Positions 24,530-60,577 of a DNA stretch of 64,000 nucleotides are shown here, piece by piece. The translations under genes were made by a program, and so were the position numbers. Source of the stretch: an uncultured bacterium. Lineage in GTDB: Bacteria; Acidobacteriota; Thermoanaerobaculia; Multivoradales; JAHZIX01. A model generated the notes under the pieces. It saw nothing but the letters and a program-made list of their open reading frames with translations. It did no database searches and was not told the origin of the DNA. Where the stretch lies: NCBI GenBank assembly GCA_965368975.1, contig CBDUPA010000012.1, positions 160,001 to 224,000 on the forward strand, written 5' to 3'. Numbering within the stretch: the first letter of the stretch is position 1; each line of letters begins with the position of its first letter.

Positions 24530-26767
24530 TTACCGCTCCACGCCCAGCGCTTCCAAGTTCAATCGCTCGCCATCGGTCAAAGACACGGTTTGGACGATCT
24601 CGCCGTCGACTTCGAGGTGATAGACGCCAGCGGCCAGAAAGGGCACTTCGAAAGCCCCGCTCGCATCGGTGACCGTCCAGGCGGTGCGACGAGCGTTGTG
24701 AGCCGACACCAAGCGGACTTCGTGCGCTGACCCTTCGAGCACGCCCTGAAGGCTGGCGGTCGGTAGTTCGAAGTCGAGACTCGCGTCTTGAAAGTCGGCT
24801 GGGATTCGGCCTAGGTAGATGGAAGTTCCGGGGCGGCTCAGGCGCAAGTCGACTTCCCGGCCTCGATGGTGCACGGTGAACGTGTTGTCGGCGTCGACCG
24901 GCGCGGCGAGAACGCTGGCGCCGTCTTGGGAGCTCAATTGCCAGCCTGCTGGTGGTGGCCAGATGCGCACGCGGATGTCGCGGGACGGGGAACCGAAGAT
25001 GACCTGGGTGGTCTCGCCAGCTCGTACATCCGCGAGTTGCACGTCGCCGCCGGAGGTCACGGTTACTGTCGATCCTTCGCTCCGGACTTGTTCGAGAATC
25101 ACGTGGTGCCGTCCCACCGTCAGCGGCCCGAAGCGGACCCGTCCGTCGAGATCGGTCGTGCCACTGCCGCGACCGAGCCCGCCGGGACCGCCCCCCGGCA
25201 TGTCGTGGACGATCGGGCAGCCGGCGCAGGGGAGCCCCGACTCGTCGTCGAAGGCCAGAACGTCGATCCAGCCGCCGGCTTCCAGGTCGATGACGAAGGG
25301 CTGCTTGATGACGGTTGGATCAGGTGGTAGTTCGATACTCAGGGGAGGGTAGGCGCTGGCGAGTACGCGGACCCGAATCGGTTGCTCACTCTCGATCGCC
25401 GAGCGGAACTCGCCGGCCTCGTCCGTGACCGTCTGGACGGCGCCCGGCGGTCGCAACGAGGTCAGCTGCGCTCCGGCGACAGGTTCGCCGGATTCCGCGT
25501 CCTGTACCCGTCCCCACAACTCGGAAGCGGTCGACAACTCGATGGTGGCGAGGTCTTTCGTTTCACCGGCTGCCAGCGTGACGGTACGTTCTTCGACTCG
25601 AAAGCCCGGTGCAGCTACAACGAGCTGGTACGTCGATGGGTTCAGGTTCTCGGCCTCGAAGCGACCATCCGCGGAGACGGGGATCTCGACGATGTTCGGT
25701 GATGCCCCGGAGAAGCGAGACGGCAGTTCGAACGAGACTGCCGCATTGGCCACCGGTTCGCCGTCGTGCTGAACTCGCCCCCGGACCTTGGCGAGCGGGT
25801 CGAGGTAGCAGTGAACGTCGGTCGGTGGGGACTCGAACGCTTGCCGCTCGGCGACGTGGCCCTTTGCCCTACACAGCACGTGTAGCGGCTGGTCCGGACC
25901 GAAACCGGTCAGCCGAGCTTCGCCATCTGTGTTCGTCGCTCCCGAGAACTCGACGCGCTGTCCCGCAACGGGTTGTGACGCGGCGACCTGGGCTCCTGCC
26001 AGAACTTCGCCGCCGGTGTTGCTAACGATGAAGTGCACGCCCAGTCCACGCGCAAGATCGATCTCTCCGAGGTCCAACCGCGCTGTCCGTGAGGCAGGCT
26101 CTTCGACGGATCTCTCTTCAGCGCCTTGGTCCTCCACTTCGAAAGCGGTTCCGAGGAGTAACTCCGGCTCCGGCACTGTGAAGGCGTCCAACAAGTCGAT
26201 GCGCCCACCAGGTGCTTGGATCTCGAGGCGATACGTACCGGGCCCCAGCTGCGGCAGTTCGAAGCGCCCCTCGGCGTCCGTCCGGACCTCGCGCCGGGGT
26301 TCGGCTGCATCCGGGGCGAAGGCGAGTGGCACGAGAAACGGCTTGCGCGCTTCCAGTTCGGCGAGCGTCAGTCGAACCCGTGCTCCGACTACCGGCTCAT
26401 GCTCGGATACGAGCTTTCCGGTTACGACGACTCCTGGTGCCAAGACCGGGTGGAGCACGTCTCCAGGCCGTAGATACTGCGATCGGCAGTGCGTCGTGCC
26501 CGTCTCCATGCCGTTGCAGATCACAGCCTGGCCTTCGGTGCCCTTCCAGGTCCATACTTCCTCTGCGTCTTCCGCGCCGAAACGCCACCGCGCCACCTCA
26601 GCATCTGCCGCGAAGGGCACAACCTCGAACCAGACCGCCGGCCTGGTCGACGCGGTTTCGGAAGTCGACGCCGTGGCCTCTGAGATCGACGCCGTTATGC
26701 CAGCGCCAAGCAGTCCGAGCGTCAAAGTAAGGCCGGCGCGAGTCCAGAATGCCTCGGTACCGATCAC
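24530..26767 (-). CDS. Secreted protein with multiple carboxypeptidase-regulatory-like (beta-sandwich) repeats
   Basis: Signal peptide; repeated G.V....GEPV.GA.V and TD..G.F....L.PG.Y motifs. Confidence 0.8.
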   Translation of the reverse strand: MIGTEAFWTRAGLTLTLGLLGAGITASISEATASTSETASTRPAVWFEVVPFAADAEVARWRFGAEDAEEVWTWKGTEGQAVICNGMETGTTHCRSQYLRPGDVLHPVLAPGVVVTGKLVSEHEPVVGARVRLTLAELEARKPFLVPLAFAPDAAEPRREVRTDAEGRFELPQLGPGTYRLEIQAPGGRIDLLDAFTVPEPELLLGTAFEVEDQGAEERSVEEPASRTARLDLGEIDLARGLGVHFIVSNTGGEVLAGAQVAASQPVAGQRVEFSGATNTDGEARLTGFGPDQPLHVLCRAKGHVAERQAFESPPTDVHCYLDPLAKVRGRVQHDGEPVANAAVSFELPSRFSGASPNIVEIPVSADGRFEAENLNPSTYQLVVAAPGFRVEERTVTLAAGETKDLATIELSTASELWGRVQDAESGEPVAGAQLTSLRPPGAVQTVTDEAGEFRSAIESEQPIRVRVLASAYPPLSIELPPDPTVIKQPFVIDLEAGGWIDVLAFDDESGLPCAGCPIVHDMPGGGPGGLGRGSGTTDLDGRVRFGPLTVGRHHVILEQVRSEGSTVTVTSGGDVQLADVRAGETTQVIFGSPSRDIRVRIWPPPAGWQLSSQDGASVLAAPVDADNTFTVHHRGREVDLRLSRPGTSIYLGRIPADFQDASLDFELPTASLQGVLEGSAHEVRLVSAHNARRTAWTVTDASGAFEVPFLAAGVYHLEVDGEIVQTVSLTDGERLNLEALGVER

Positions 26768-26772
26768 GGCGC

Positions 26773-27045
26773 TCAGCTACAGGTGTAATCGCAAGTTTGG
26801 GTACAGTCGCCGGTCGATGGGCAGGAACAGGAGGCCTTCAACGAACATCCAAAGGGCGGGGCTGCACACCCGCACAAGGCCTGACCACAGTGGCAACCAC
26901 TTCCAGAGCCGCTACCGGCGCCCCCTGGGTCTTGCTGGAAGGGTCCGCTACCCGCAGGCGAGGCATTGGCGGGCGGTAAGCTCGCCAGAGTTACGAGACC
27001 CACGATGGCGAGCAGCAGAGCCAGGGTTGTTGCTAGTTTTCTCAT
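26773..27045 (-). CDS. Small secreted 10-Cys peptide, paralog 2
   Basis: Sec signal, GPFQQDPG, GS linker, CHC..CGC..C..CSC..C..C..C; RBS AGGGAG. Confidence 0.85.
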   Translation of the reverse strand: MRKLATTLALLLAIVGLVTLASLPPANASPAGSGPFQQDPGGAGSGSGSGCHCGQALCGCAAPPFGCSLKASCSCPSTGDCTQTCDYTCS

Positions 27046-27066
27046 GAGAACTGTTGGCTCCCTGTT

Positions 27067-27339
27067 TCAAGCACAGTAATACGTACATTCCTGTGTGCAA
27101 TTGCCCGTTGATGGGCAGGAGCAGCTAGCCGTAAGACTGCAGCCTGCCGGAGGCGCTGCACAGCCACACCGCTCTTCACCGCAGTGGCAGCCACTTCCCG
27201 AGCCGCTACCGTCGTCTCCTGGGTCCTGCTGGAAGGGTCCGCCTCCGGCAGGGTTTGCATCGGCGGATGGGAGCGCAATCAAGGTGAGCAAGGTGACAGC
27301 GGCGAGTACCAGTGCGCATAACAATACGACTTTCTTCAT
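27067..27339 (-). CDS. Small secreted 10-Cys peptide, paralog 1
   Basis: Same length and Cys spacing as its neighbour; strong RBS GAGGAGGAG. Confidence 0.85.
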   Translation of the reverse strand: MKKVVLLCALVLAAVTLLTLIALPSADANPAGGGPFQQDPGDDGSGSGSGCHCGEERCGCAAPPAGCSLTASCSCPSTGNCTQECTYYCA

Positions 27340-27365
27340 GAGCAGGCTCCTCCTCTGGGTCTATC

Positions 27366-28346
27366 CTAGGGAGATGGATTGTCGACCTCGAAGGTTTCAG
27401 GCTGTGTGCCACAGCGTGACAGAATACGTCCTGAAGCTTCGTGTTCCATCGGGATGAAGAGCACATCTTCACCGATCAGGGCAGAGCGTAGCGAACAGTC
27501 GGGACTGTCGAGCTTCAGCGTCCGCGTGTTCAGGCTGCCGTCGAGAGCAACTCGGGTCAACAAGGCCGTCGTTCGGTTGTCCTCGCATTTGCTGACAATC
27601 CAAGCGCGCCCTCGATCGTCGACCGTCATGCGCAGCACTTCGAACAGAGGTGTTTGGATTTCGCCTTGCTGCTTCAGTTGTGCATCCAGCTCTCGACGCC
27701 AGCTCTCGATTTCGGGGTACCGGTGGGCCGGAACCTGCGCTGTTGCCAGAACTTCTCCTTCCAGCGAGAAGATGGTCAGCTCTCCCGTCAAGCTGTTCAG
27801 GGCGAAAAGGCGGTCCAGCGGCGCGTTGTAGGCCAGAGTCAGCGAGCGCAGAAACGTGGCTCCAGGCTCCGGCACGATCCGGGTCGCTTCGCCGAAAGCC
27901 CTCTCCCGTTCGCCCGTATCTAGATTCCAGATCTCAACGAGATGAGCCGCGCGGGTGGGTGCAACCGCCACTCGATGTTGATCGATCCAGATGACGTCGG
28001 CAGCCTCATGTGTCAGGTCGAGAGCGCGATCCTCGTCGGCTCCCGGTCTGCGCACGAAGAGACGGGTTCCGGCATTGTCCAGGCGAATCAGGCCCCAAGC
28101 TCGATCGAGATCCAAGCTGCGCGAGTTGGGCACACTGAACCCCGAAATTCTAGAGGCGTCACCAGCCCACAGGTCGACGGTGTGTTCTCTGCGGTCCCAG
28201 GTCCAGAGGTTTCCTCGCCGGGCGTCTCCGATCTCGTCCACGCTGATGCCGGGGCTTGCCGAGCAAGTCAGTTTGGTTTCCGCAGCTGCGGCTGGGCTAC
28301 TCGGTAAGATCAAGCTCAGCACGATGATTATTAGAGTCTTAGCCAT
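27366..28346 (-). CDS. Secreted probable beta-propeller protein
   Basis: Signal peptide ending AAA; blade-like motifs (VEIWNLDTG, LTIFSLEG, VDDRGRAWI). Confidence 0.6.
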   Translation of the reverse strand: MAKTLIIIVLSLILPSSPAAAAETKLTCSASPGISVDEIGDARRGNLWTWDRREHTVDLWAGDASRISGFSVPNSRSLDLDRAWGLIRLDNAGTRLFVRRPGADEDRALDLTHEAADVIWIDQHRVAVAPTRAAHLVEIWNLDTGERERAFGEATRIVPEPGATFLRSLTLAYNAPLDRLFALNSLTGELTIFSLEGEVLATAQVPAHRYPEIESWRRELDAQLKQQGEIQTPLFEVLRMTVDDRGRAWIVSKCEDNRTTALLTRVALDGSLNTRTLKLDSPDCSLRSALIGEDVLFIPMEHEASGRILSRCGTQPETFEVDNPSP

Positions 28347-28378
28347 GGGTTTTCGTCTCTACGTGCAGGATGGCACAT

Positions 28379-28408
28379 ATTCTCATCTATGAGAATGCCC
28401 AGTGTCAA
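28379..28408 (-). promoter_or_regulatory. Candidate sigma70 promoter overlapped by an operator-like palindrome
   Basis: TTGACA-N18-GAGAAT on the minus strand; perfect inverted repeat ATTCTCAT-CT-ATGAGAAT at 28379-28396. Confidence 0.5.
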
Positions 28409-28418
28409 TGCCGTTCCG

Positions 28419-28471
28419 CTCCTCACCCTGACGCTCGCCCTCGCCGCCCTCTGGGTGCTGCGACGCTGACG
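28419..28471 (+). repeat. 53-bp direct repeat, copy 2 (orphan gene tail)
   Basis: 51/53 identical to 18322-18374. Confidence 0.92.
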
Positions 28472-28525
28472 TTCACCCTGCTTTGGGACTAGAGGTCAGT
28501 CCCATATCCGCCGACTTGCTGCCGT

Positions 28526-29404
28526 CTAGCCACCAGGCTCTGTAGCTGTGGGCTGCAAGGTCAGCGTGCCGGAGACGAGTTCGCCGGAGCTCTCGAGCCG
28601 TCCGTGCTCGCCCTGGAAGATCCCGTCTTTCGTCTCGCCTCGGAAGAAGAACGTGCGCGATCCAGGATCTTCCAGGACCTCTCCTGCCAGTGGCCCAGAG
28701 TCCAGGCTTCCGTTGGCGGTGCCTGCATAGACCAACTTGCGCTCACCCATGGCGAAGTGGAACTCGACCTTCCAGGTCCCCTCTCCCGTCGGCTCGAAGT
28801 GGACGTCGAGATCACCGGACGAGGACGGCGTGATCTCGATCCAGGTGTAGCTTCCCTCGAAACTCTGCGGCGTTGCCGGCACCGTCACCTCGTCTTCCAC
28901 GGGAACTGACAGGGCTTGTGCTTCGGACCCGGCGGAGGTACGGGGTCCGGGGTTTAGGACCAGGGTTCCTATCTCTTCTTCCTCGAAGTCTTCGATGCGA
29001 TAGGTCGAGCCGCTGAACTGTCCCGATGCATCGATCAAACCGCGAAAGGCGTAGGTGCGGTCGTGGGCCGAGGTGTAGACGGTTCCCTGCAACGAGGGGG
29101 CCGAGTCGTCTGTTGGGCGTGCCGCGTCGGTGGATACTAGCTTTCCGACCGCGTCGCCGGAGAAGGTCTGCGGATGGTCCTGGAAGGTGAAGTGGAAATC
29201 CACCGTCCAGGTGTCCTCACCGGTGGGCGTGAAGATGGCGTCGATGTCGTCGCCGACGCCTTGCTCGGTCCAGAAGTAGTAGCCGTGATAGGCGTGTGCG
29301 GCAGGAGGAGCGGCACCTAGCGGCGTGGTCGAACCACGTAGTGATGCCGCAGCGAGGAGGAGCCAGGTGCAGCAGAAGATAGCGTAGCGTCTTGATAGGG
29401 ACAT
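28526..29404 (-). CDS. Secreted hypothetical protein with two homologous all-beta domains
   Basis: Signal peptide; FTPTGEDTWTVDFHF vs FEPTGEGTWKVEFHF; RTYAFRG vs RTFFFRG. Confidence 0.75.
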   Translation of the reverse strand: MSLSRRYAIFCCTWLLLAAASLRGSTTPLGAAPPAAHAYHGYYFWTEQGVGDDIDAIFTPTGEDTWTVDFHFTFQDHPQTFSGDAVGKLVSTDAARPTDDSAPSLQGTVYTSAHDRTYAFRGLIDASGQFSGSTYRIEDFEEEEIGTLVLNPGPRTSAGSEAQALSVPVEDEVTVPATPQSFEGSYTWIEITPSSSGDLDVHFEPTGEGTWKVEFHFAMGERKLVYAGTANGSLDSGPLAGEVLEDPGSRTFFFRGETKDGIFQGEHGRLESSGELVSGTLTLQPTATEPGG

Positions 29405-29675
29405 GGAGCGAGTATAGACCCGGAGGCTCGGGTGAGGCCGCTTCACGCCCAAGAGCAGCGGTGCGCCGCCTCTGTGAGGTCGCAAGATCGACTCAGTGCT
29501 GGTCGCAGCAGGTCACGCCGATCGACGTCTCGCAGCGCGGCCCGGTGCAGCCGCCGTGCACGTCACCGCTCAGCCGCCTCGAATCCAGGTATAGAATCGA
29601 GCCACCTATCCCGCATCCTGTCGACACTCGCGAGGAGCATCTGCAATGCATAGATCGAAACACTGCACGAGCATC

Positions 29676-30218
29676 ATGACCTCCGGAAGCGCGCTCAGTT
29701 CTGCTCTGCGCCTCTTGGTCATCCTGATCGTCCTGGTCGTCGGCGGTCAATTCGCCTACGAGCAATACCAAGCCCGCAGTGGCGGCGGTGGAGAGTCGGA
29801 CACGTGGCAGGTCGAGACGGATTTCCTCGACATCGAGTCCGGGGCGTGCGGCGATCAGGATCGCAGCATCGAGGCGGCTTGGGAGATCTCGGCAAATGGC
29901 CAGGATCTGTCGACCGCGGAGGATCTCTCGGCCAACCGGGGCCGGCGCTCGGGCCGCGTGACGCTGAGCGGCAAGTCCTATACCTGGAACTCTCTCACGG
30001 ATCCCCGGCTACGGATTGCGGGCTGGGTGTGCGATCTGGACAGCGGCAGCTGCGGTTGGATGGGGCAGTTCAGCGCCGAGTTCCAGGTGCGGGGCGGCCG
30101 TGTCGAACCGAAGAGCGGTGACGTCGAGCGGCTGTCGGGCGGTCGCTTCGCCATTCCCGTGCCGTCCCTGGAAACGGCCTGCGAGATGTCGGTCGTGGTC
30201 CGGTTCCGCGCCAGGTGA
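29676..30218 (+). CDS. Membrane-anchored hypothetical protein
   Basis: N-terminal TM helix, host-like codon usage. Confidence 0.6.
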   Translation: MTSGSALSSALRLLVILIVLVVGGQFAYEQYQARSGGGGESDTWQVETDFLDIESGACGDQDRSIEAAWEISANGQDLSTAEDLSANRGRRSGRVTLSGKSYTWNSLTDPRLRIAGWVCDLDSGSCGWMGQFSAEFQVRGGRVEPKSGDVERLSGGRFAIPVPSLETACEMSVVVRFRAR

Positions 30219-30346
30219 CGGTGGAGTTGGGGCAATACCAAGGCCCGGTGCCTAAACCAACTACCAGGCCGAAGCCCTACGCAGGCTGCGGGGAGTTACG
30301 CGGAGGTCACCGAGGGCCAGTGTGGGAAATCGCTAGCGACCCTCCT

Positions 30347-31450
30347 CTACTCCCGCACCAACCGCAACCGCATCACCACCCCCGGTGACGTCTCTTCCGC
30401 ATAGTCGAAGCGCAGCAGCACGATCTCTTCTTCCCCCTCGTCCCCCACCACCGCGACGTCCCCGCGCAGCAGATCTCCTCCCGACTCTGACGCCACCGGC
30501 AGGTGCACCTCTTCCGGCCCCGTCTCGCTGTCGCCCAGCAGCACCAGTCGCCAGCGCACGCCGGCACCGCGGGCGCGGCGTACGACCAGAGCAGGACCGT
30601 TTCGGAAGGGCAGGATCTCGTCGACGACTTTGTGACCGTTACGCCACTGCGCGCGAGCTGCGAGGGACCACTGCATCATGTAGCTCTCACGCTCGCTGAG
30701 GTCGCAGTCGCCGAAGAGGCCGAGGGTTTCGCTGGTCCATTGACGCTGGAGCTGGCGGTCGGGGCCGTAGTGGTAGACGCCGTCTTCGACGCCTGGCACG
30801 ATCACGAAGCCACCGTCGGGTAGGAAGCGGGCGGCGGAGATCTCGAGGGCGCCGCAGCCTTGGAAGCGCTTGGCGCCGGGACCGTCTTGGGAGGTGTAAG
30901 CGGGCTCTAGGTCGAGGCTCTCGCTGTCCAGGAGCCAGGCGAAGGCGCCGTCGGGGAGGACGGCACCGGTGCGGCCACGACGGCTGCCGAGGAGGAGGAG
31001 ACGGCCATTGGCGTCGATGTCGAGGGCGGCGATCTGGTCGAGGCGGTGGTGGCTGGCGATGTTGAGCAGGGGGCCAGGTGGAGCGCTCAGGCGGCGCCAG
31101 CGCAGCGTGTTGAGTGGGGCGGCGGCGGCGAGGTAGGGAGTGCCGTCCTCAGTCTGGGCAGCGGCCAGGCGGTTGACGGCGGGGAGAGGGAGGTCGACTT
31201 CGGTGACGGTGCCGGTCTTCAGGTCGAGACGCACGACGCCGCGCCGGCCGGTAGCGAGGAAGACTACACTGGCGCTGGCGTCCGCCCAGGCGATGTCGGT
31301 GGTCGGGCCGAGGTTGCCGGGGAGGTCGTGTTCGCTGAGCAGGTCGACGTGGTCGGCAGCTGGTGCCACGGACGCCAGCGAGGCTGCGAGCAGGGCGGGG
31401 GCGAGGAGGGTGCGGAGTCGCCGATGTCCGGGAGTGGGGCTGCGCGGCAT
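30347..31450 (-). CDS. Secreted probable beta-propeller protein
   Basis: Signal peptide; blade-like repeats (TDIAWAD, ALDIDANGRLLLLG, ARFLPDGG). Confidence 0.6.
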   Translation of the reverse strand: MPRSPTPGHRRLRTLLAPALLAASLASVAPAADHVDLLSEHDLPGNLGPTTDIAWADASASVVFLATGRRGVVRLDLKTGTVTEVDLPLPAVNRLAAAQTEDGTPYLAAAAPLNTLRWRRLSAPPGPLLNIASHHRLDQIAALDIDANGRLLLLGSRRGRTGAVLPDGAFAWLLDSESLDLEPAYTSQDGPGAKRFQGCGALEISAARFLPDGGFVIVPGVEDGVYHYGPDRQLQRQWTSETLGLFGDCDLSERESYMMQWSLAARAQWRNGHKVVDEILPFRNGPALVVRRARGAGVRWRLVLLGDSETGPEEVHLPVASESGGDLLRGDVAVVGDEGEEEIVLLRFDYAEETSPGVVMRLRLVRE

Positions 31451-31460
31451 GGTGCCGGGC

Positions 31461-31934
31461 TCAGGCGTCCGGCGCAACGACGTATTCGGAGATCACCCAA
31501 CGCTCGCCGTCATGCCGGACCTGCCAGTGTTCCTTGTACACCGCTTCGAACGGCTGACCACTGGCGAACACCGCCTTCCAGCGCAGTCGGAAGTCGACGT
31601 TGAAGCTGCCACCTTCAGCTTCTGTGATCTCCAACTCCAGCGGCTCGTGCGTCGCGCTCTGGACGCTCTGTGCCGTACCCGCGTGCCACTGCTGGAAGCC
31701 TTCGCGGCCGGCGAACGGGTTCCCCAGGACGTTCATCTGAAAGCCTTCGGCGGCGACGTGCGGCAGCAGCTGCTCGAGCGGTGCGTCGGCGTCGAGGGCA
31801 GTGAACCAGTCGGTGAAGAAGGCTTCGAGCCCTTCCTGCGTCGCGGGGCGGGTGGGGAAGTGATCGTCGGCGTGCAGGGTGGTGGGGAGGAGGGTGAGGA
31901 GGAGGACGGTGAGGATGCAGAGCGCGCGGTGCAT
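31461..31934 (-). CDS. Secreted NTF2/SnoaL-like protein
   Basis: Signal peptide; FFTDWFTALD..GREGFQQW..EHWQV..WVISEY pattern; AAGGAG RBS. Confidence 0.65.
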   Translation of the reverse strand: MHRALCILTVLLLTLLPTTLHADDHFPTRPATQEGLEAFFTDWFTALDADAPLEQLLPHVAAEGFQMNVLGNPFAGREGFQQWHAGTAQSVQSATHEPLELEITEAEGGSFNVDFRLRWKAVFASGQPFEAVYKEHWQVRHDGERWVISEYVVAPDA

Positions 31935-32024
31935 GGGGGCTTCTCCTTGTCAGATCTTCTTGTGTATCCGGGGTCTTGGCCAGGCTATCGATCCTACAAT
32001 ACGGGCTTGTTGCTCTCAGCGAAG

Positions 32025-32057
32025 AGGGCGCCCACATGGGGACGCCCCTACACAGAG
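32025..32057 (-). repeat. Intergenic GTAG-type REP, family B
   Basis: Minus strand GTAG-GGGCGTCC-CCATGT-GGGCGCCC-T, matching the intragenic copies at 55437, 56542 and 60061. Confidence 0.8.
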
Positions 32058-32076
32058 CGGAACCGGAAACCTCGCC

Positions 32077-33858
32077 TCACCCCTCCAGCGTCACCCGGAA
32101 GGCCGCCATCTCTTCGCCGTTGCGCACGAGCAGCAGATCCCCGACGAGCACGGGGTGGTTCCAGGTCTTGCCTTCGATCGCTGGGACGCGCGCCAACTCT
32201 TCGAAACCGTCCGGCGTTGCGGACACCAGCGCCAGGTCGCCTTTCTCGGTCAGTACCAGCAACACGTCTTGATCCGCCAGCAGGACCAGCTGGCCGTGGC
32301 CGTAGCGGCCGCCCTTCCACGTTCGGGAGCCATCGCTGACGTCCATGGCGGCGAGGATGCCGCCGTCGAAGCCGTAGGCGTGGCCGTGGTGGAGGACCAG
32401 ATCGTTGAAGTAGGGCTTGAGGCGGATGGAGTCCCACTCGGACTCGACCTGCCATGCGCCGTCCAGGTGCTGCACGGCCAGGCTGCGCATACCGACGCCT
32501 TGGCCGGCACCGATGAGCACGCGGCCGTCGGACGGGAAGGCGGGTTGGGTCATGCTGAAGCCGTCCCACTCGTGCTGCCACAGTTCGCTGCCGTCCGGGG
32601 TGACGCTGACGATGCCGTTGTTGTTGAGCAGGAGGATCTGCTCGACGCCGTCGAGGGTGGCGAGGTGGGGAGAGCTGTAGCTGACGGGGACGCTGGTGCC
32701 CTTCCAGGCGATGTCGCCGGTGGTGGCGTCGTAGGCGATCAGGCCGCGGGCGTCGACCAGGACGAGGGTTCGGGGGGTGCCGTCGATGGTGGTTTCGAGG
32801 ATCAGGGGCGAGCTGGAGAAGGCCCACTCCGGCACTTCGGCGCTCATGTCCTCGGCGGCGTTGCGGCTCCAGACGACGTTACCCGTCGCGGCATCAAGGG
32901 CGTTGAGGATGCCGGTGGCGCCGAAGGTGTAGACGCGGCCGGCGTGTAGGGTGGGGGTAGCGCGGGGACCGGCGCCGCCCTGGCTTTCCCAGAAACGGGC
33001 ACGGTCGGCGTGTTGCCAGACGGGCTCGCCGGTGGTGGCGTCGTAGGCGCTGACGACTTCGTCGTCGCCGCGCTGTTCCTGGGTGTAGATCACGCTGCCT
33101 TGTACCGCGAAGGAGGACCAACCGGGGCCGATGGGGCGGCGCCACAGCTCTTGCGGCGGCTGGGACGTCCAGTCGGTGGCGATACGCACGCCGTGGACGA
33201 TGCTGTCGCGCCGCGCGCCGCGGAAGCCGGGCCAAGCGGCCACGTGCGCCGGGTCCGCCGCGCTGGTTCCCATGGCGGAGCCGGCGAGGTCACTGGCCAG
33301 CTCTCCGGAGGTGGCGAGCAGGCGATCCTCTGCCGTTTCCGACCAGCGGAAGGCGAAGTTGGAGCGCGAGTCGCCCAGCACACCATCGGTGCGCAGGAAG
33401 AGCCACAGGCCGGAGCCGAAGAGGATGGCGGCGACCAGGGTCAGGCGGCGGGTACGGTCGGGCAGATGGCGGGTCGAGACGGCCCAGGCGACGAAGGCCA
33501 GGCACAGCGTCGGGATGGCGTAGATCGGGAAGAGGAAGCCCATCATGCCGGTCGAGATCGAGGTGTCGACGAACTGGAAGGTGATGAGGAGTGAGGCGAT
33601 CATCAAGACGATGCCGCCCACCCGCTCGATCACCGCGGCGCGGCTGAAGAAGGCCCACCAGAGGAAGATGGCCAGGCCGCAGCCGAGGCCGCCCAGGACA
33701 CCGAGGGCGATGTAGTCCGGGGCGACGCGAGGGATGCCGAAGCGCAGCGCCCACTGCAGGAGGACCAGGACCACGCCAGGCCAGAGGCGCAGTGTTGCTC
33801 GAGGACGGAGGGCTTGTCGAGGAAGCGGGTCTCGAGCTGGGGCGGAGGGGGGTGTCAT
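32077..33858 (-). CDS. Membrane-anchored PQQ-binding-like (BamB-like) beta-propeller protein
   Basis: N-terminal TM helices; WPGFRG, GPRATP, SSSPL, YSSP and TWNHPVL motifs. Confidence 0.85.
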   Translation of the reverse strand: MTPPSAPARDPLPRQALRPRATLRLWPGVVLVLLQWALRFGIPRVAPDYIALGVLGGLGCGLAIFLWWAFFSRAAVIERVGGIVLMIASLLITFQFVDTSISTGMMGFLFPIYAIPTLCLAFVAWAVSTRHLPDRTRRLTLVAAILFGSGLWLFLRTDGVLGDSRSNFAFRWSETAEDRLLATSGELASDLAGSAMGTSAADPAHVAAWPGFRGARRDSIVHGVRIATDWTSQPPQELWRRPIGPGWSSFAVQGSVIYTQEQRGDDEVVSAYDATTGEPVWQHADRARFWESQGGAGPRATPTLHAGRVYTFGATGILNALDAATGNVVWSRNAAEDMSAEVPEWAFSSSPLILETTIDGTPRTLVLVDARGLIAYDATTGDIAWKGTSVPVSYSSPHLATLDGVEQILLLNNNGIVSVTPDGSELWQHEWDGFSMTQPAFPSDGRVLIGAGQGVGMRSLAVQHLDGAWQVESEWDSIRLKPYFNDLVLHHGHAYGFDGGILAAMDVSDGSRTWKGGRYGHGQLVLLADQDVLLVLTEKGDLALVSATPDGFEELARVPAIEGKTWNHPVLVGDLLLVRNGEEMAAFRVTLEG

Positions 33859-34057
33859 GGTGAGTCTCCCTGGTGTCTGTGAGCTTGGAAGTATTGTCAG
33901 CGGGACTGCCCTTGGTACGTCGGCAGGGCCAGGTTGTTACAGGGGGCGGCTCTGGCACCGCGACAGGGAGACGGCTAGACTAGCGAGTCTGGCAGATGGC
34001 GCGTCTGCTCCCTTTCCTTCCCAACGCTCCTTTTCGCCTTCAGGTTCCCGAGAAGCC

Positions 34058-60574
<26,517 letters not shown>

Positions 60575-60577
60575 GCC

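Noticed and set aside
26773-27339. Twin Cys peptides as lanthipeptide, ranthipeptide or MNIO substrates
   Set aside because: They carry Sec signal peptides and an even Cys count, and no modifying enzyme is in the operon; not excluded in trans
33734-34057. 108-aa N-terminal extension of the NRPS ORF
   Set aside because: Overlaps the divergent gene; C-domain similarity begins just after ATG 34058
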